Shown here piece after piece: positions 59,739-64,000 of a stretch of DNA of 64,000 bases. The stretch covers positions 73,737 through 137,736 of the forward strand of contig CAYGSL010000004.1 in assembly GCA_964352475.1 (NCBI GenBank). Direction: 5' to 3'. Both the position numbers and the translations under genes were made by a program. Numbering within the stretch: position 1 is the first letter of the stretch; each line of letters begins with the position of its first letter. The notes under the pieces were generated by a model. That model was not told the DNA's origin and made no database searches. It worked only from the letters and a program-made list of their open reading frames with translations. This DNA is from an uncultured Pseudomonadales bacterium. Its GTDB lineage: Bacteria; Pseudomonadota; Gammaproteobacteria; Pseudomonadales; JAUIET01.

Positions 59739-61865
59739 TTGCAGACAATTGATACCTTAGCCAACTCACTCTGTGAGTATTTGCCTGTTGACCAAATTCA
59801 GCAGGTTAAGCGCGCGTACTATTTCGCCGAACAAGCCCACGACGGCCAGACCAGACGCAGCGGCGAACCCTACGTTACCCACCCGCTGGCTGTAGCCGGC
59901 ATTCTCGCCGACATGCACATGGACGATCAAAGCCTGATGGCAGCGATGTTACACGACGTCATCGAAGATACCGGCGTCGATAAAGACGCCATCGCCGAGC
60001 AGTTCGGAGATACTGTGGCCGAACTGGTGGATGGCCTGTCTAAGCTGGCTAAAATCGGTTTCAGTTCCCGCGCTGAGGCGGCAGCTGAGAATTTCCAGAA
60101 AATGGCATTGGCCATGTCGCGTGACATCCGGGTGATTTTGATCAAGCTGGCTGATCGACTGCATAACATGCGCACTCTCGGCGTGCTCAGTGTGGATAAG
60201 CGCAGACGCATCGCGGTTGAAACTCTTGAGATTTACGCGCCGATAGCCAACCGGCTAGGCATGAATACAACACGCGTTGAATTGGAAGACCTGGGGTTTA
60301 CTGCCATGTACCCAATGCGGGCGCGGCGTATTGAAGCCGCAGTTCGGTCAGCGCGCGGTAATCGTAAGGAAGTTTTGCAGCAGATCAAAGCGTCTCTGGA
60401 AGCCCGCCTCAGCAATGAGAATTTAAGCGCAAGAGTATTGGGCAGGGAAAAGCATCTGTTTAGCATTTACGAGAAAATGCGCACCAAACGCAAATCGTTC
60501 TCGGAAATTATGGACGTGTATGCGTTTCGAATTGTCGTTGAAGATGTAGACACCTGCTATCGCGTATTGGGTGCTGTGCACAACTTGTATAAACCGGTAG
60601 CCGGTCATTTCAAAGACTACATCGCTATCCCTAAAGCCAATGGTTACCAAAGCCTGCATACCGTTCTGTTTGGGATGCATGGCGTGCCCATCGAAATTCA
60701 AATTCGCACAGAAGGCATGGAAGAGCTGGCCAATAAGGGCATTGCGGCGCACTGGTTGTATAAGAGCGGCGATGACGACGCCGATGTTAATTCACATACA
60801 CGTGCCAGGCAGTGGGTGCAAAGCTTACTGGAATTGCAGGAGAGCGCTGGCAATTCTCAAGAATTTATTGAACACGTCAAAACCGACTTGTTTCCGGAGG
60901 AAGTGTACGTATTCACACCGAAGGGAGAAATTCGCGCCCTACCCAGTGGCTCAACTGCAGTTGATTTCGCCTACGAAGTGCATACTGATGTTGGCAATAG
61001 CTGTGTTGCCTGCCGCATTAACCGGCGCTTCGCGCCACTGAGCGAGCAATTGCAAAGCGGCGAAACTGTAGAAATTATTACCGCACCCGGCTCGCAGCCT
61101 AACCCATCCTGGTTGAACTTTGTCGTCAGCGGCAAGGCGCGCAGCAACATTCGTCATTTTCTCAAGAACCAGCGCCACACAGAAGCCATCGAACTGGGCC
61201 GAAGGTTACTCGACAAAGCTCTGGAAAATCTCAACACCAGTTTTAAGAAAATGGACAAGAAGCGAATTCAAACGCTGCTTGAAGAAACCGGCTATGAGAA
61301 CTTTGATTTGATTCTGGAGGATATTGGCCTTGGTAATCGGGTGGCCTATTTGACGGCCAGGCGCCTGGTACCCGAGAAAGTTGTCAGTAAGGCCAACACC
61401 AAGACAAACAGCACCCGTAATGATTCCTTCGCTATCAACGGCGCAGAAGGAATGATGGTTAGTTTTGCCAAATGCTGCCACGCCATTCCGGGCGACCCGA
61501 TTGCAGGCCATATCAGCGCCGGGCGCGGCATTGTTGTGCACGTTGCAAACTGCCGAAACATTATCGAGTTTCGAGATAATCCTGAGCGCTGCATAGAGCT
61601 GACCTGGCATGACAAGGCAAAAGGTGAGTTCCAGGTTGAGCTACGCGTAGAGCTGGCGCAACAGCGCGGTGCTATTGCTGAGCTGGCCAATAAAGTCAGC
61701 AGCCTTGACGCGCCTATCGAAAAAATAAACACTGAAGATCGTGATGCAAAAACAGCGGTAGTACGGCTGGAGATCGGGGTTCATGACCGGGTACATTTAG
61801 CCCGCATCATGAAACGTATTCGAGCAATGAAATCGGTCGCGTCTGTGTCAAGAATGAAATCCTGA
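59739..61865 (+). CDS. spoT: Bifunctional (p)ppGpp synthetase / hydrolase
   Basis: 708 aa from a TTG start, with an HD hydrolase domain (RRSGEPYVTHP...HD), a synthetase domain, and TGS and ACT-like C-terminal domains. Directly downstream of rpoZ. Confidence 0.93.
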   Translation: MQTIDTLANSLCEYLPVDQIQQVKRAYYFAEQAHDGQTRRSGEPYVTHPLAVAGILADMHMDDQSLMAAMLHDVIEDTGVDKDAIAEQFGDTVAELVDGLSKLAKIGFSSRAEAAAENFQKMALAMSRDIRVILIKLADRLHNMRTLGVLSVDKRRRIAVETLEIYAPIANRLGMNTTRVELEDLGFTAMYPMRARRIEAAVRSARGNRKEVLQQIKASLEARLSNENLSARVLGREKHLFSIYEKMRTKRKSFSEIMDVYAFRIVVEDVDTCYRVLGAVHNLYKPVAGHFKDYIAIPKANGYQSLHTVLFGMHGVPIEIQIRTEGMEELANKGIAAHWLYKSGDDDADVNSHTRARQWVQSLLELQESAGNSQEFIEHVKTDLFPEEVYVFTPKGEIRALPSGSTAVDFAYEVHTDVGNSCVACRINRRFAPLSEQLQSGETVEIITAPGSQPNPSWLNFVVSGKARSNIRHFLKNQRHTEAIELGRRLLDKALENLNTSFKKMDKKRIQTLLEETGYENFDLILEDIGLGNRVAYLTARRLVPEKVVSKANTKTNSTRNDSFAINGAEGMMVSFAKCCHAIPGDPIAGHISAGRGIVVHVANCRNIIEFRDNPERCIELTWHDKAKGEFQVELRVELAQQRGAIAELANKVSSLDAPIEKINTEDRDAKTAVVRLEIGVHDRVHLARIMKRIRAMKSVASVSRMKS

Positions 61866-61881
61866 ACCGAGTTGATAAACA

Positions 61882-62265
61882 ATGAGCACAAAAGAAGTTA
61901 TCCATACCGATCAATCGCCTGCTGCGATTGGACCGTACTCACAAGCCATAAAAGCAGGGAACACGGTGTACATATCCGGTCAGATTCCGCTTGATCCGGA
62001 TACCATGGAACTGGTTGAAGGAGATATAACAGCACAAGCGCATCGGGTTTTCCAGAACATGCGTGCTGTTGCCCTGGCTTCCGGCGGCACACTGGATAAT
62101 GCGGTGAAAGTGAATATTTCTTTGCCTGATCTTGGCAATTTTGCGGCCGTAAACGAGGTGATGAAAGAATACTTCAACGAACCTTACCCGGCCCGTGCTT
62201 GTGTTGGCGTGGCGGCGTTACCAAAAGACTGTGATTTGGAAGTGGAAGCTATTTTAGCCTTGTAG
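61882..62265 (+). CDS. ridA: RidA-family reactive-intermediate (enamine/imine) deaminase
   Basis: 127 aa of the YjgF/TdcF family (PAAIGPYSQA, PARACVGVAALP). Confidence 0.9.
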   Translation: MSTKEVIHTDQSPAAIGPYSQAIKAGNTVYISGQIPLDPDTMELVEGDITAQAHRVFQNMRAVALASGGTLDNAVKVNISLPDLGNFAAVNEVMKEYFNEPYPARACVGVAALPKDCDLEVEAILAL

Positions 62266-63183
62266 CTCAGGCTTTGTATTTCCAGTAATCGAGTCGATTA
62301 CCTCGCGGTAACCATCGCGAAAACCCGGGTAGCGAAAATGAAATCCGCTGTCCAGCAAACGCTGATTGCTACAGCGTTTACTGCCTGGATTGCGCTGTGC
62401 CTTGTCACCGCTCCCGAAATGGCTGATGGGGTATTCAACACCCAATTGCGCGGCTAGCCAACGTTCTACTTCCTGTTTGCGTACGGGTTCATTGTCCACG
62501 CCCAGATAGCAAGACTGAACGGTCTCACCCAGTGCATCCAGGTTCAGCAAGTGCATAATAGCTGCTGCAACATCGTAACGATGTATTCGATTGGTAAAGT
62601 GATTGCTTGAGCTAAATCGGCCTTCCTGAACCGCTTCTACAAGCCGAGTACTTTCCGAACTGTAAATTCCGCCACATCGAATACTGGTGGATGGTATGGC
62701 GCTGTCGGTCAGCATCTGTTCGCACTGCAACATCGCTTGTCCGCTAAAACCACCTGGCGATGTATCAGATGATTCATCAATCAAATCATCGTTGCACTGA
62801 CCGTACACGCTGGTACTTGATACGAATACAATTCGCTTTGGCGGCTGCTGAATTGCCGCAAGCACATTACGCGTGCCTGCCACATAAGTCTGCTGATAGC
62901 CTTCACTTGTGTACTCACGCGGCGTGAAAGTCAGCAACAAATAGTCGGCAACGCAGTCTGATAACAACTGGCTTACTGCTGCTGTATCGGTATAGTCCAC
63001 ATTGTGGCCTGAAATTCCTGGTGCCAACTTCGCCGTGTTGCGTCGCGCGCCGTGCAGCTGCCAAGCTGATTCAGCGGAATTCTGAGCGGCAATGGCATTG
63101 CCTATGGCACCACAACCAATGATTAACAGAGACGGTTTTTTCACAGCGCTATTGTACGGCAATGCGCTATGCTTGCACGGCAT
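62254..63183 (-). CDS. NAD(P)-dependent epimerase/dehydratase-family (extended SDR) protein
   Basis: 309 aa with an N-terminal Rossmann motif (LLIIGCGAIG) and an SDR-like core. Substrate unknown. The 3' end overlaps ridA convergently by 12 nt. Confidence 0.6.
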   Translation of the reverse strand: MPCKHSALPYNSAVKKPSLLIIGCGAIGNAIAAQNSAESAWQLHGARRNTAKLAPGISGHNVDYTDTAAVSQLLSDCVADYLLLTFTPREYTSEGYQQTYVAGTRNVLAAIQQPPKRIVFVSSTSVYGQCNDDLIDESSDTSPGGFSGQAMLQCEQMLTDSAIPSTSIRCGGIYSSESTRLVEAVQEGRFSSSNHFTNRIHRYDVAAAIMHLLNLDALGETVQSCYLGVDNEPVRKQEVERWLAAQLGVEYPISHFGSGDKAQRNPGSKRCSNQRLLDSGFHFRYPGFRDGYREVIDSITGNTKPELQG

Positions 63184-63194
63184 TTGAATTGGGT

Positions 63195-64000
63195 ATGGGA
63201 CGCGGTTTGGCGCAGGAAATTCTCAAAAATAAATCGCTCAGCGATCTAAAAGGTGTTGGCCCCAAAACCCGCGAACGACTCGCACGTATTGGCATCGAGT
63301 CTACCCAACAGTTGCTGTTTCACTTGCCACTTCGTTACGAAGACCGAACGCAGCTCACGCCTATTAGCCAGCTAAAACCCAATAGCTATTGCCTGTTTGA
63401 AGGTGTTATCAAGGCAGCGGGGATTGTGCCCGGCAGGCGACGCAGTTTCGTGGTCAAGTTGCAGCAGGAGTATTCCGCCATCAGCCTGCGATTGTTTCAC
63501 TTCTCCGCAGCGCAAACCCGCGGCTTGACGGTTGGTACGCGCCTGCGCTGTTTTGGAGAGATACGCTTCGGACGCAATAGCCTGGAGTGTTTCCATCCGG
63601 AATATTCCATTCTCGACGATGCCCGTGCAGACCCGCCACTGCCGCAGGCATTAACACCGGTGTATCCCAGTACCGAAGGTTTGCATCAGGCCAGTTTTAG
63701 AAAACTACTGGATCAGGTCTTGCCATTATTGGACTCGCATTCCATTGATGAATTGATCCCAGCTGAGTTCATTGCAAACCTGCCCGACGGTAAAGAAACG
63801 CTTGCGATGTTCGCCCGTTTCCCATTGGCCAGGACTTTGCGAATACTGCATGCCCCGCAGAAATCCGAGCAAGCCTTACTTCCCGTCTGCCAGCAGAGGC
63901 TGGCATTTGAAGAGCTTTTGGCGCATCACCTTAGTTTACTTAAGGTTCGCCAGCGAGTGCAGCAACTGGTGGCGCCCAGGCTACAGGGTGATAAGACGCT
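63195..64000 (+). CDS. recG: ATP-dependent DNA helicase RecG. The N-terminal wedge domain is present and the ORF runs off the right edge of the window.
   Basis: Not in the ORF track because it has no stop in the window. From the ATG at 63195: MGRGLAQEILKNKSLSDLKGVGPKTRERLARIGIESTQQLLFHLPLRYEDRTQLTPI..., a typical RecG N-terminus. The frame stays open to position 64000. Confidence 0.88.
   Translation, partial: MGRGLAQEILKNKSLSDLKGVGPKTRERLARIGIESTQQLLFHLPLRYEDRTQLTPISQLKPNSYCLFEGVIKAAGIVPGRRRSFVVKLQQEYSAISLRLFHFSAAQTRGLTVGTRLRCFGEIRFGRNSLECFHPEYSILDDARADPPLPQALTPVYPSTEGLHQASFRKLLDQVLPLLDSHSIDELIPAEFIANLPDGKETLAMFARFPLARTLRILHAPQKSEQALLPVCQQRLAFEELLAHHLSLLKVRQRVQQLVAPRLQGDKT

Overview
This 64 kb window looks like ordinary core chromosome of a Pseudomonas-like gammaproteobacterium. 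The gene order parallels two conserved P. aeruginosa neighbourhoods as I remember them: pilGHIJ-chpA / gshB / tonB3 / yqgE-ruvX / pilTU / yggS-proC-yggT-metXW-rdgB-hemW, and radC-coaBC-algC-argB ... pyrE-crc-rph-gmk-rpoZ-spoT-ridA-recG.

I can support about 60 protein genes:
- Central carbon metabolism: ilvA, rpiA, and tkt-epd-pgk plus a class I aldolase.
- A SAM-cycle operon: sahR-metK-ahcY-metF.
- The type IV pilus Pil-Chp chemosensory cluster, with a 2192-aa ChpA, plus pilT and pilU.
- Cell division and envelope genes: rpoH, ftsYEX, slmA.
- Ribosomal proteins L28 and L33. L33 is too short for the supplied ORF track and was found by hand.
- Nucleotide, cofactor and stringent-response genes.

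I see no rRNA, tRNA, CRISPR array, transposase, integrase, prophage gene or recognisable defence or toxin-antitoxin system. I therefore do not claim a clear new system.

The observations most worth a second look, all of moderate interest:
1. A ~400-aa membrane-anchored, sensor-like module fused to the N-terminus of the phosphomannomutase AlgC.
2. A small non-housekeeping insertion between hemW and trmB. It holds an unknown HxD...H protein translationally coupled to hemW, a bicupin, and a membrane-protein/XRE-regulator pair driven by a near-consensus promoter with GTAAAG repeats.
3. A 27-30 bp stem hairpin between the tonB3-like gene and yqgE, whose wobble pairs favour a plus-strand RNA.
4. A Pil-Chp cluster without the pilK/chpB adaptation enzymes, with an in-frame (GCTTCT)8 microsatellite in chpA.
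5. A probable SahR operator.
6. A Crc orthologue that the ORF alone would suggest is exonuclease III.

All calls come from reading the translations and the DNA by eye. No database search was run.
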